The position numbers were made by a program, and so were the translations under genes. A DNA stretch of 64,000 nt from an uncultured bacterium. GTDB taxonomy: Bacteria > Actinomycetota > Acidimicrobiia > Spongiisociales > ZC4RG35. Under the pieces are notes generated by a model. It was given only the letters and a program-made list of their open reading frames with translations. It did not search any database and had not been told where the DNA came from. The stretch is taken from positions 240,481-304,480 of the forward strand of contig CAVWBT010000010.1 of the NCBI GenBank assembly GCA_963753285.1, read 5' to 3'. How positions within the stretch are numbered: the stretch's first letter is position 1; each line of letters begins with the position of its first letter. Positions 10,047 through 22,439 of this stretch are shown here, piece by piece.

Positions 10047-10193
10047 GGCAGGACTGCTTCCGGGAGACTCACCGGGACACTATCCGGACTGCGGCGACCC
10101 TGCCCTCCGTATCGAGGACAACGCGCTTCTGTCTCACGAGGCGTTGCACGGATCTCCGGGAATTCGAGCGGCGGTGTCCCCTAACGTCGGTCG

Positions 10194-11378
10194 ATGTCCA
10201 CCTCTCCGGTCGAACGGCTTCCGCGTCTCGTCACCGTTGTCCTCGGTCTCTCGGTCGTGGTCGGATTCGGGGTGTGGTTCTACGGCTACGGGGTCCTGCT
10301 CCAACCGATCGGTGTCGACACGGGCTGGTCGGAGGCGCTGCTGTCGTCGACGTACGGGGTTTCGATGTTCGGGTCCGGTGTGCTTGCCACGGTCGTGGGT
10401 CGTCTGCTGCCACGGAACGGATCGCGTGCCGTCTACGGAGTGGGTGCGGCCGTGGTCCTGCTCGCCTACTTCACACTCGCACAGGCGAGCTCACCGTGGC
10501 TGTTCGTGATCGTCGGCGTCGCGGCCGGGAGTGTCACCGGAGCTCTCGGGTACTACGCCGCGGTTCACACGATCATCGGCCACCTCGTTCCGCCCGCTGC
10601 CCGGGCGCGGACGATCACCACGAACACGCTGTGGGGTGCGATGGCCAGTCCCGTCTTCCTGCCGTTGATGGCATGGCTCGTCCTGGAGTTCGACTGGCGG
10701 ACGACTGTTCGGCTGACCGGTGCAGCGGTCGCCGGAGCCTTTGCGCTCGTCGCCGTCGCTGTCCCCGACATCAGGGGAGCAGCGGCTGTGACGCCATCGT
10801 TGCGGGCGGCGATCGCCTCCGCGGTGAGCGACCGCACGACGCGGGCGGTCCTCGCAACCACTCTGATCGGCGGAGTCGTCACGGCAATCGTGGTCCTCTA
10901 TCAGGTGCCGGCGATGGTGACGGCCGGACTCACGTTGGCGGTGGCCTCGTCGCTCGCCGGCGCGCGTGGATTCATGCAGTTGGGCGGCCGGATCCCGATG
11001 CCGTGGATGATCACCCGGTTCGGTTCGAGGACGACCCTGCGTGGAGCGCATCTCCTGACAGGTGTGGCCTGTCTGATGTTGCCATTCACGGGCGTGCTCC
11101 CGATCGCCGTCATGTTCGCGCTCGTCGCCGGACTGGCGATCGGCGCACTCGTCCCGGTCGAGAGCATCTTCACCGCCGACATCATCCCAACCGAGTCGCT
11201 CGGAGTCGTGCTGGGTGTGGCGTCATTGGCGCGCGGCGTCGGAGCGGCGCTCGGCCCCGCTCTCGGTGGCGGGCTGGCGAGTGCGGTCGGCAGCAGGACA
11301 CCGACACTCGTGGTCGCTGCGTCCCTCACGGCGCTGGCCGCGGCAATCGTCCCGATCCTGCGTTCAGGCCCGTCCTGA
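10194..11378 (+). CDS. MFS transporter
   Basis: 394 aa, ~12 predicted TM segments, two-halves architecture. Confidence 0.8.
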   Translation: MSTSPVERLPRLVTVVLGLSVVVGFGVWFYGYGVLLQPIGVDTGWSEALLSSTYGVSMFGSGVLATVVGRLLPRNGSRAVYGVGAAVVLLAYFTLAQASSPWLFVIVGVAAGSVTGALGYYAAVHTIIGHLVPPAARARTITTNTLWGAMASPVFLPLMAWLVLEFDWRTTVRLTGAAVAGAFALVAVAVPDIRGAAAVTPSLRAAIASAVSDRTTRAVLATTLIGGVVTAIVVLYQVPAMVTAGLTLAVASSLAGARGFMQLGGRIPMPWMITRFGSRTTLRGAHLLTGVACLMLPFTGVLPIAVMFALVAGLAIGALVPVESIFTADIIPTESLGVVLGVASLARGVGAALGPALGGGLASAVGSRTPTLVVAASLTALAAAIVPILRSGPS

Positions 11379-11455
11379 TCGGTCCGGTACGGGTGCTCGC
11401 CCTGGCGTGACATACGGGGTAGCGGTAGATTCCGGTGGGACGGAAGGAATACTCG

Positions 11456-11740
11456 ATGTCCATCGCAGAAGCCCGTGAAGCGCTCCAAGCGGAGAAGCGC
11501 TCGCTCCAGCGCCAGATCGAACTGATCGATGAGGCGCTCGCCGTGCTCGGCCGTGGGGCCAAGCCGTCACAGAACGGGCGCTCGAAGAGCTCCGGCACGA
11601 AGAAGACCTCACGGGCCGACCTGACGCAGGAAGAGGCCCTCGAGCGCTACGGCGCGGTCGCGCTCACGTGTCCGCAGTGCGGAAAGATCGCCCGTGCACC
11701 GCAGGGGATGAAGGCTCACCTTCGGTCGCACTCCTCCTGA
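11456..11740 (+). CDS. hypothetical protein with C-terminal C2H2-like zinc finger
   Basis: ATG at 11456 preceded by GGAAGG. N-terminal coiled coil, then C-terminal CPQCGK...H...H. Listed ORF starts at 11435 (alternative start). Confidence 0.45.
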   Translation: MSIAEAREALQAEKRSLQRQIELIDEALAVLGRGAKPSQNGRSKSSGTKKTSRADLTQEEALERYGAVALTCPQCGKIARAPQGMKAHLRSHSS

Positions 11741-11867
11741 TCCGTCCGTGTTGTCGAGCGCGGTCGCACCGGCCGTGGCAGCGGTGCGCTGGAGCGGACT
11801 TGGGCTGAGATGCGTCGAAATCCGGACCGGCGCTTCGTCGGAGAGTGACTCGACAGAAGGGATCATC

Positions 11868-12656
11868 ATGGAGCCAACCATCGGGACGTACAAAATGTGG
11901 CGAACAGCCCGGCTCCGCCTGCTGGAACACGAGAAGCAACTGACCCGGTTGCGAGACGAGGTCGCTGCGGAACGGCGTCGACTGCCGTGGGTGCCTGTCG
12001 ACACCGAGTACGTGTTCGACACGCTCGACGGTCGGCGCACGCTGGCTGAGCTGTTCGACGGCCGATCCCAGCTCGTGGTCTATCACTTCATGATGGGGCC
12101 GGACTGGGAAGAGGGTTGTCCGTCGTGTTCGTTCTGGTCGGACACCTACGACGGACTCGACGTCCATCTCGCCGCCCGTGATGTGACCTTCCTCTGTGCG
12201 TCGCGTGCGCCACTCGACAAGATCCAGGCGTACCGCAAGCGAATGGGATGGGCCTTCCAATGGGTGTCGTCGGAGCCGTCGAGCTTCAACTTCGACTATG
12301 GCGTTTCGTTCGAACCTGGCCAGAAGACGGGGGAGTACAACTTCGCCGAGATCGCCGACCCTGGCGAGGAGAACCCCGGGATCAGTGTGTTCGCCATGCA
12401 CGACGGCGTGCCGCACCACACCTACTCGGCCTACGCCCGAGGTCTCGATGCACTGAACGGTGCCTATCAGATCCTCGACCTCGTTCCGAAGGGGCGGGAC
12501 GAGAGCGGCCTGCCGTGGACTATGGCGTGGCTTCGCAGACACGACCGAGTACGCGACGGTCCTGATCCGAGCGCCGAGGTGGAGCACGATTACCTTGCAG
12601 CTTCTAGATATCCTGGATCTACTATGTACATAGCAGCTCTAGGTATCGATCGGTAG
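11868..12656 (+). CDS. DUF899 thioredoxin-like family protein
   Basis: ATG at 11868 with an upstream GAAGGG. Carries a conserved CPSC motif typical of DUF899. The 3' end runs through an AT-rich palindromic segment. Confidence 0.7.
   Translation: MEPTIGTYKMWRTARLRLLEHEKQLTRLRDEVAAERRRLPWVPVDTEYVFDTLDGRRTLAELFDGRSQLVVYHFMMGPDWEEGCPSCSFWSDTYDGLDVHLAARDVTFLCASRAPLDKIQAYRKRMGWAFQWVSSEPSSFNFDYGVSFEPGQKTGEYNFAEIADPGEENPGISVFAMHDGVPHHTYSAYARGLDALNGAYQILDLVPKGRDESGLPWTMAWLRRHDRVRDGPDPSAEVEHDYLAASRYPGSTMYIAALGIDR
12605..12633. promoter_or_regulatory. candidate PadR operator: tagat-N7-atcta inverted repeat plus perfect 12-bp palindrome ctATGTACATag
   Basis: A local AT-rich island in a ~70% GC window, sitting 33-60 nt upstream of the PadR start. 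The ATGT/ACAT half-sites match the reported PadR-family operator pattern (ATGT-N-ACAT). Confidence 0.4.
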
Positions 12657-12665
12657 GAGCCCGGT

Positions 12666-13025
12666 GTGCACATCGACAAGGATCTGGTGGCTGCTTCGGC
12701 CACCCCACTGGTGCTGGCACTGCTTTCCGAAGGCGAGAGCTACGGCTACGAGATCCTCAAGCGGGTACGCGACGTGTCGGATGGCGAACTCGAATGGACC
12801 GACGGAATGCTCTACCCGCTGCTCCATCGGCTGCGCCGGCTCGGGTACGTGACGACGGAGTGGCGGATTCCGCCTGAGGGTCGGCGCCGCAAGTACTACT
12901 TCATCACCGACGCCGGCCGAGATGCCTTGGCCGAACAGCAACGGCAGTGGGTCACCGTCACACGGACCCTCAGCGACGTGTGGCGGGGTTTTGGTGGGCT
13001 GATGGCCGCACCGGGCGAAACATGA
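12666..13025 (+). CDS. PadR-family transcriptional regulator
   Basis: LLSEGESYGYEILKRV...WTDGMLYPLLHRLRRLGYV is a classic PadR winged-HTH. GTG start 6 nt after an AGGAG. Confidence 0.85.
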   Translation: MHIDKDLVAASATPLVLALLSEGESYGYEILKRVRDVSDGELEWTDGMLYPLLHRLRRLGYVTTEWRIPPEGRRRKYYFITDAGRDALAEQQRQWVTVTRTLSDVWRGFGGLMAAPGET

Positions 13026-14371
13026 CCACCGACACCACCGAGTCACAGATCGCTGAATGGCGGAGGTTCGTCGCCGCCGCTCCCGCCGTGAACGGCCAGG
13101 ATCTCGATGAGCTCGAGGGCCACCTCCGCGACCAGATCGGGGAGCTGGGAGACGCCGGGTTGTCGGACGACGAGGCGTTCCTCGTCGCCGTCAAGCGGAT
13201 GGGCGACGTCGACAGCCTGTCGCGGGAGTTCGCACGCGAACACAGCAACCGACTGTGGAAACAGCTGGTCCTGAGTAGTGACGAGGACCAAGAGATGGCG
13301 AGCACCGAATGGCTGGCGCCCATCGGCTTCGCCGTGGCGGCGGCGGTCGTGATCCAGGTGGCGCTTCGGGTGGCCGGCTTCCCTGGCGAGCCGTCGGACT
13401 GGCTGGCCCGCAACCTCGGTCTCTTCGTGTTGCCGTTCCTTGCCGGCTATTTCGCCCTACGGCGAGAACTCGGTCCCCGACGGTGGCTGGTCACGGCGGC
13501 TCCGTTCGTCGTGGCAGGGATCGTGGTCAACCTGTACCCGTACTCGGATGAGTCGGCCACCGAACTGCTGGTCGCACTCCATCTGCCGGTCGTTCTGTGG
13601 TTCGCGGTTGCCTACCCGTACACGGGAGGGGCGGTCCGATCGCATGAGCGGCGGATGGATTTCGTGCGTTTTACCGGCGAGTGGTTCATCTACTTCGTGC
13701 TGATCGCGCTCGGCGGCGGCGTGCTCATGGGGCTCACCGGATTGATCCTGGATCCGATCGGGCCGGACATGGCGGAACGGGTGATCGAGTGGGTGCTGCC
13801 GTCAGGTGCGGCCGGTGCGGTGATCGTGGCCGCTTGGCTGGTCGAGTCGAAGCAGCGGGTAGTCGAAAACATGGCGCCGGTCCTCACGATGATCTTCACC
13901 CCGCTGTTCGCTCTGATGCTGACCGTGGCCGCCGTCACATATGCCGTGTCCGGAGTCGCAGGTGACTTCGATCGTGAGCTACTGGGTGTCTTCGACGCTC
14001 TGATGGTCGTTGTCTTGGGGCTGGTGCTGTATTCGCTGTCGGCCCGGGATGCGGCGCAGCCGGTCGGGTGGATGGATCGTATCCAGCTGCTCGCGGTGGC
14101 GGCTGCGCTCGTTCTCGATGTGCTCGTCCTCGTCGCCATGCTCGCCCGGATCGGTGATCTCGGATTCACTCCGAACCGGGTAGCCGCCCTCGGACTCAAC
14201 CTGGTGCTGTTGGCGAATCTCGCATGGACGGCATGGCTGTCGCTCGGGTTCCTCCGTGGGCGAACTCCCATGCACAGGATCGAGCGATGGCAGACCGCCT
14301 ACCTGCCAGTCTTCGCCGCTTGGGCGACCGCAGTGGTCGTGGTGCTCCCCCCGCTGTTCGGCTTCGAGTGA
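13022..14371 (+). CDS. PadR-associated integral membrane protein (N-terminal cytoplasmic domain + polytopic C-terminus)
   Basis: ATG overlaps the PadR stop (ATGA). ~8 TM helices after a ~90-aa soluble N-terminus. Confidence 0.65.
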   Translation: MTTDTTESQIAEWRRFVAAAPAVNGQDLDELEGHLRDQIGELGDAGLSDDEAFLVAVKRMGDVDSLSREFAREHSNRLWKQLVLSSDEDQEMASTEWLAPIGFAVAAAVVIQVALRVAGFPGEPSDWLARNLGLFVLPFLAGYFALRRELGPRRWLVTAAPFVVAGIVVNLYPYSDESATELLVALHLPVVLWFAVAYPYTGGAVRSHERRMDFVRFTGEWFIYFVLIALGGGVLMGLTGLILDPIGPDMAERVIEWVLPSGAAGAVIVAAWLVESKQRVVENMAPVLTMIFTPLFALMLTVAAVTYAVSGVAGDFDRELLGVFDALMVVVLGLVLYSLSARDAAQPVGWMDRIQLLAVAAALVLDVLVLVAMLARIGDLGFTPNRVAALGLNLVLLANLAWTAWLSLGFLRGRTPMHRIERWQTAYLPVFAAWATAVVVVLPPLFGFE

Positions 14372-14398
14372 CGTTTCGAGCGAGCGCCGCTGGCTCTG

Positions 14399-14776
14399 TC
14401 AATCGGGGGCGGGTCCGTCTGCGGGGAACACCGGAGGCCCCTCTCCGAACCTGACGACGATCGCCTCGGCGACCTCGTCGGAGGAGTTGCCCTCTCGATG
14501 GATGGCCCCCGGCGGCACCGTGAAGTACTCGCCGGGCCCGACTTCGGCGCTCTCTCGACCACCGGGACCGAATTCCAGGCGGATCCGACCCTTCACGATG
14601 TAGCCGACGGTCGTGTTGTCGCCGTGGTGGTGCCAGCCGGACATCGTGTTGGCGGCGGCCTCGGCGTGACCGAACCAGTGGTCGTCACCCTCGAACGCCG
14701 TCATCCGTTTGATGCCCGGGGTGCCCTGCGCCTCCGTCAGCTCGCCGGCCCTCCGCACGCTCACGCCATGTTCCAT
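14399..14776 (-). CDS. cupin-domain protein
   Basis: 126 aa from an internal ATG with AAGGAGGT 8 nt upstream. Has a cupin-like two-His motif region. The rest of the longer listed ORF is GC-shadow. Confidence 0.7.
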   Translation of the reverse strand: MEHGVSVRRAGELTEAQGTPGIKRMTAFEGDDHWFGHAEAAANTMSGWHHHGDNTTVGYIVKGRIRLEFGPGGRESAEVGPGEYFTVPPGAIHREGNSSDEVAEAIVVRFGEGPPVFPADGPAPD

Positions 14777-14857
14777 TGCCCTACCTCCTTCGGATCGAGA
14801 ACCGAACCTAACGCTCTCGTGCTCGCCGAGGCCGCCTGAGACATGGCAGCGTCGTAG

Positions 14858-15529
14858 GTGTGCGCCGGAGATAGGGTCGGCGCCGTGACCAGGTCGATCG
14901 TGTTCGTGCTGCTGCTGCTCATCCTCACGGCCTGTCTCGACGGCGGCGACGCCCGGCCCGTCACCACACAGCAGACAAGGGAACTCAAAGGAGAAGACGC
15001 ACTCTCGAAGATCCCCGAGGATCCGAAGGACGAGATCAGCATGGTGACTCAGGGTCTGGACGAGGTTCGGATCGAGGTGGACCAATACCTCGAGCGTGTC
15101 CCCGGGTATGCCGAGGGATCGGCGCGGACCGAGGCGATTCATCCCGGTCCCGGCGGGCCAAGCGCAATCGTGGGATACGAGGCCAACGACCGCATCCTCG
15201 GACGAGTGTCGTGCGTCATGGTTGCTCCTCCCGGAGCGGCGACGGGATCTCCGCCCAGGGCGGGTGGTGGTTGTGTCCCGCTCGCCGACGTCTCAGCCAA
15301 CCAGTTGGTCGGCATGTCGTATCAGTCCGAGGGGGCCGAGCCGTACATCCTCGTCAGGCATTCGCCGGACGCCGAGACGGTGGTCGTCGAGCTGGCCGAC
15401 GGTGAGTTCTTCGTGATCTGGCCGAACGGATCGACGGTGTCGTTTCATCGGTGGGTCGGCGAGGTACCCGTCGGTGTCACCGTCTTCTGGTCCGATGGGA
15501 CGACCTCGCATGAAGCTCTGTCGGGGTGA
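14858..15529 (+). CDS. hypothetical lipoprotein
   Basis: Signal peptide with lipobox LILTAC|L. Confidence 0.5.
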   Translation: MCAGDRVGAVTRSIVFVLLLLILTACLDGGDARPVTTQQTRELKGEDALSKIPEDPKDEISMVTQGLDEVRIEVDQYLERVPGYAEGSARTEAIHPGPGGPSAIVGYEANDRILGRVSCVMVAPPGAATGSPPRAGGGCVPLADVSANQLVGMSYQSEGAEPYILVRHSPDAETVVVELADGEFFVIWPNGSTVSFHRWVGEVPVGVTVFWSDGTTSHEALSG

Positions 15530-15757
15530 CGGGCCTGGCCTCGCACAGGAGGATTGTCTCGCTTCGGGCCGTCGAGCCACTGCCGGGCGACGGCAGGACG
15601 ACGTGAGCGACCGATTCGTGCACTGCTGTTCCGGTTCGCGGCGATCGTTGCCTCTGGCCTCCGCGCCTGGACCGGAGGCGACCCCGCCCGAAACCCCGAA
15701 AACGCCTGTTGCGACGGCGCATTTTGTGTCACACCCCGTTGGTAGGTTGGACCCCAG

Positions 15758-16839
15758 ATGGAACACCTCACCGCCGATCTGATCGCCGACCTCACCCCCG
15801 ACGAGCTCGATTCCGTGCTGGATCGTTTGGGCGGTCTCGAGTCGCAGATCAAGGCGGCGCAGGTGAGGGTGTTGCGGGAGGTCGACCGCCGTCAGGTGCC
15901 GCTCGGTGACGGGATGCGCACCCTGTCGGATTGGATCGTCGGCCGCATGGACGTCAGCCGACACACCGCCCGCAAACTCGTCGGTGTCGCCCGGGCCGAT
16001 TCGGCCGAGCTCGACGCGCTGTTGGCTGATGGTGTCTCGTTCGAGCGGGTCGCAGAGCTCGTCGCCGCCGGGGAGACCGACCCGCATCACGAGCTCGACA
16101 TGATCGGACTCCGGACAGAGCTCGCTCGACGCAAGCCGATCTCGGGTGATGACGAGCGGGACAGCTTCGAGGATCGGTTTCTGGCGATCCAACCGACACT
16201 GGACGAGTCGGCGTGGAACCTGTGGGGCAAGCTGCCGGCGCTCGAGGGCAAGATCGTTGCAGACACCCTCGATGAGGTCGCCGATGAATTCCCGAGCCGC
16301 CCGCCGGGCATCGTGAGTCCCGGGCGACCCGTCGCGCCGATGCGCTGTTCGTGGTCTGCGACCGGCGGGGTGAAGGTGCCGGCGGCATCGGGGTGAAGGC
16401 CACCGTGTTCGTCGATGCCACCGACTCTGCCCGACCGAACGCCTGGATCGCTTCCGGCCCTCGAGTTGGCCCCAATACGCTTCATCGGCTGCTGTGCGAG
16501 TCGGCGATCGACGTGGTCGCCCTCACCAGCGACGGCGAAGCACTCCGGGTGGGCAACGCGACGACGGCGATCCCACCGGCCACCCGCCGGTTCGTGCTGT
16601 GGCGGGATGGTGGGATGTGTACCGCCGACGGCTGCGGGTCGAGCTACCGGTTGCAGCCGCATCACATCCGAGAACGATCCGACGACGGAGACCACCACCA
16701 CACCAACCTCACCAGTCTCTGTTGGTATCACCACCACGTCGTCGTCCACGGTCGCGGCTTCCGCATCGACCCAACGAGCCCGACACGACGACGCCGCTTT
16801 CTCCCACCCGCCAGATCAAACAACGACCCGCCCATCTGA
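15758..16839 (+). pseudogene. DUF222 + HNH endonuclease (13E12-repeat family), frameshifted
   Basis: An N-terminal DUF222-like frame (15758..16396) and a C-terminal HNH frame (CTADGC...HH...WYHHHVVVH, 16351..16839) sit in different frames. The expected motif RRADALFVVC appears only in the second frame, upstream of its listed start. Confidence 0.6.
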
Positions 16840-16897
16840 ACGACGCGCACCCGCGTGTCATCAAAACGGAATCGTCGAGTGTGTGGGGCGTTCCAGG

Positions 16898-17155
16898 TCA
16901 GCCCATCCAGAAACCCTTGCGATGTGATACGCCGAGCACCTTGTTGCACGATGGGCAGGAGTAGATGTACCGCTTCCCGAAGGCGAACACGCCCGAGCTC
17001 GATGCCGCCAGCAGGTTGGTGTTGACGCCGTCCAGGTCATACTCGCAGTGAGGACATCTCACTGCCGCACCGCCCTTCACGATCCTCAGCACTCCACCCT
17101 CCGGCTGCCCGCCGCCTCCGCTCAACACCACCGTTCCTCCTTCACCGACCCTCAC
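16898..17155 (-). CDS. small zinc-ribbon protein
   Basis: Has CPHC and CPSC pairs. Confidence 0.4.
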   Translation of the reverse strand: MRVGEGGTVVLSGGGGQPEGGVLRIVKGGAAVRCPHCEYDLDGVNTNLLAASSSGVFAFGKRYIYSCPSCNKVLGVSHRKGFWMG

Positions 17156-17229
17156 GAAAGGTACACCGACTCGCCGTGCGTGGTCCCGGGCCGACCCTAT
17201 CCGACGGCGAGTCAGAGCACCGGGAGCGC

Positions 17230-17541
17230 CTATTTCGGGGGGAGACTCTGGGCGTAGGCGAGGCCGCTCCGGACCCAGGCTTCGAGATCGGCCCTCGACT
17301 CGACACGTTCGATGGCCACATGTAGCCAGCCACGCATGGGGCGACCTCCATCGACTCGACGCCGGGCTCGAGTAGCGCTTCGCACGTGTCTGGATCGGCC
17401 CGCACGATCAGCCCGCCTGGCTGCTGGCGCCGACTGCGAGATTCCCGGCCGCCATGAATGCCACACCCCCGAACATTCTCTGTTCGGTGACGTTCGGTTG
17501 ATCCTCGAGAACGTCTCTCAGCCGACTCGGCCTCCCAGCAT
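17230..17541 (-). pseudogene. TfoX N-terminal-domain protein, multiply frameshifted
   Basis: The conserved TfoX-N blocks are spread over three frames: MFGGVAFMAAGNLAVGA, then LIVRADPDTCEALLEPGVESMEV, then GRPMRGWLHVAIERV...AYAQSLPPK. Shifts occur at G/C runs. Confidence 0.5.
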
Positions 17542-17567
17542 GTCGAGGCCGATCAGGGTGTGTCTGT

Positions 17568-17957
17568 CTATGGGCTCGAGAACAGGGTGAGTTGCATGCC
17601 GTCTGGCGACTCGACCCGTGCGTTGCGATCGCCCCATGGTGTCGACACGGGTGGGGCGACGGTTCTGGCGCCCGCACCGACGAGTCGTGCCGCCATGTCG
17701 GCGGCGTCGTCGACCTCGAGGGCCAGCCTGATCGTTCCTGCCACCCGGCGGCCCACCTCGACCCGATCCACGAGCTCGGCCTGGACGTCGTCGAGGATTT
17801 CCAGCGTCGCACGGCCGGCGGAGAGGAGAATCACCCTCCCGTCGTCGGAGCTCCAGTCCTCGATCTGTTCGAGTCCGAGTGCGTCGCGATAGAAGGCGAC
17901 GGCCTGCTCGAAGTCCTTCACGGTGAGCGCTACCCGAAGCTCTGTCACGTCGGCCAT
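17568..17957 (-). CDS. VOC (glyoxalase/bleomycin-resistance) family protein
   Basis: 129 aa with a VOC-like N-terminal motif region. Confidence 0.75.
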   Translation of the reverse strand: MADVTELRVALTVKDFEQAVAFYRDALGLEQIEDWSSDDGRVILLSAGRATLEILDDVQAELVDRVEVGRRVAGTIRLALEVDDAADMAARLVGAGARTVAPPVSTPWGDRNARVESPDGMQLTLFSSP

Positions 17958-17988
17958 GTGAATCTCTCCTCCGTTCGATGCAAGTACA

Positions 17989-18031
17989 GAAACGCCGGAA
18001 GGGAAGGACCGAAGTCCTCCCCTCCCGTTTC
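17989..18031 (-). terminator. GC-rich hairpin downstream of nrdJ
   Basis: gaaacg-ccggaagggaaggaccgaagtcctcccctcc-cgtttc nested inverted repeats, 60 nt past the nrdJ stop. No T-tract. Confidence 0.4.
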
Positions 18032-18090
18032 TCAGCCCAACTGAGGCGGTCCGGTCCCCCCGACCGGGAGAACCTCAGCCCCCCTGAGAT

Positions 18091-21504
<3,414 letters not shown>

Positions 21505-21624
21505 GATGTGGGGGCTCCCTCTTCTCTCTGGCTTCCGCTGACAACTGACCCTGGGCGGGAGATTCCCCGGCCAGGGCGCTGTATTCGTGTCCCAACCACT
21601 ACATGTTGTGGTCCTCTGCGTATC

Positions 21625-21675
21625 GGACACCACATATTGGGGTGGGACACACGACTGTAATTACACAGGTGTCAC
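21625..21675 (-). promoter_or_regulatory. AT-rich palindromes in nrdJ leader (ccacatattgg; acac-N3-TGTAATTACA-N3-gtgt), candidate NrdR-type boxes
   Basis: Two partial palindromes ~15 bp apart, ~130-170 nt upstream of the nrdJ ATG. Confidence 0.3.
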
Positions 21676-21873
21676 TCAGTCAATGGTTTCTTCGGCCCAG
21701 ATGAGGTCGTTTTTCGCGACCTCGCCCAGAGCGCGAGAAAAACCACGCGGCCGGGTGACGGCCTTAGTTGGGGAAGTCATCCGAAGATGCGAGCGGGAAG
21801 GTATCGACCCGTCGACCAACGCGAAAACCCAACAGGCCTGGATTTTTCGCGCTCCATCGAGGGGATCGTCCCC

Positions 21874-22350
21874 TCACAGCTCGCGGGACATCCAGCCGGT
21901 GTCGTACCAGGTGTCGAACTTGTAGCCGACCTTGGGGAACGTGCCGACGTAGGAGAACCCGAGCGCACGGTGGAACTCCACGCTCTTGTCGTTCGGCAGC
22001 GTGATCCCTGCCACGGCGGTGACGAATCCGAGGGTGGCGAGTTGATCGAGGAGCTCCTCGTAGAGACGTCGACCAACCCCTCGGCCGTGGTGTTCGGCGG
22101 CGACGTAGACGGTGGTCTCCGCGGTGTAGCGGTAGGCGTGTCTCGAACGCCACGGCGTTCCGTAGGCATACCCGCGGATCTCTCCGTCGGTCTCGTCGAC
22201 CAGCCAGACATGGGCAGCCTCCACCCGCCGGGCGATCTCCTCCGCGTCGGGAGGTGTCTCTTCGAACGAGATCGCCGAGTCGGTGACATATGGTGCATAG
22301 ATCTCGGCGATGCGCCCTGCATCGTCGCGGGTTGCGGTCCGGATGTGCAT
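21874..22350 (-). CDS. GNAT family N-acetyltransferase
   Basis: Internal ATG at 22350. Acetyl-CoA-binding motif HHGRGVGRRLYEEL. Confidence 0.8.
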   Translation of the reverse strand: MHIRTATRDDAGRIAEIYAPYVTDSAISFEETPPDAEEIARRVEAAHVWLVDETDGEIRGYAYGTPWRSRHAYRYTAETTVYVAAEHHGRGVGRRLYEELLDQLATLGFVTAVAGITLPNDKSVEFHRALGFSYVGTFPKVGYKFDTWYDTGWMSREL

Positions 22351-22439
22351 TGGCCGAACGTAGCGGACTTCAAGTCGCGCCGACCGACCTCCTCGAGCCA
22401 TATGCCCGGTGTCTGGTGGCCACCGGTAGGTTCGGTGGT

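Noticed and set aside
21505-21873. Cobalamin riboswitch in the nrdJ leader.
   Set aside because: No B12-box-like core. Class II RNR itself uses B12 and is not usually B12-riboswitch controlled. The palindromes look protein-operator-like.
21587-21925. 112-aa plus-strand ORF in the nrdJ/GNAT intergenic region.
   Set aside because: It lies in the regulatory leader, overlaps the GNAT 3' end, and has no RBS or motif. Likely spurious.
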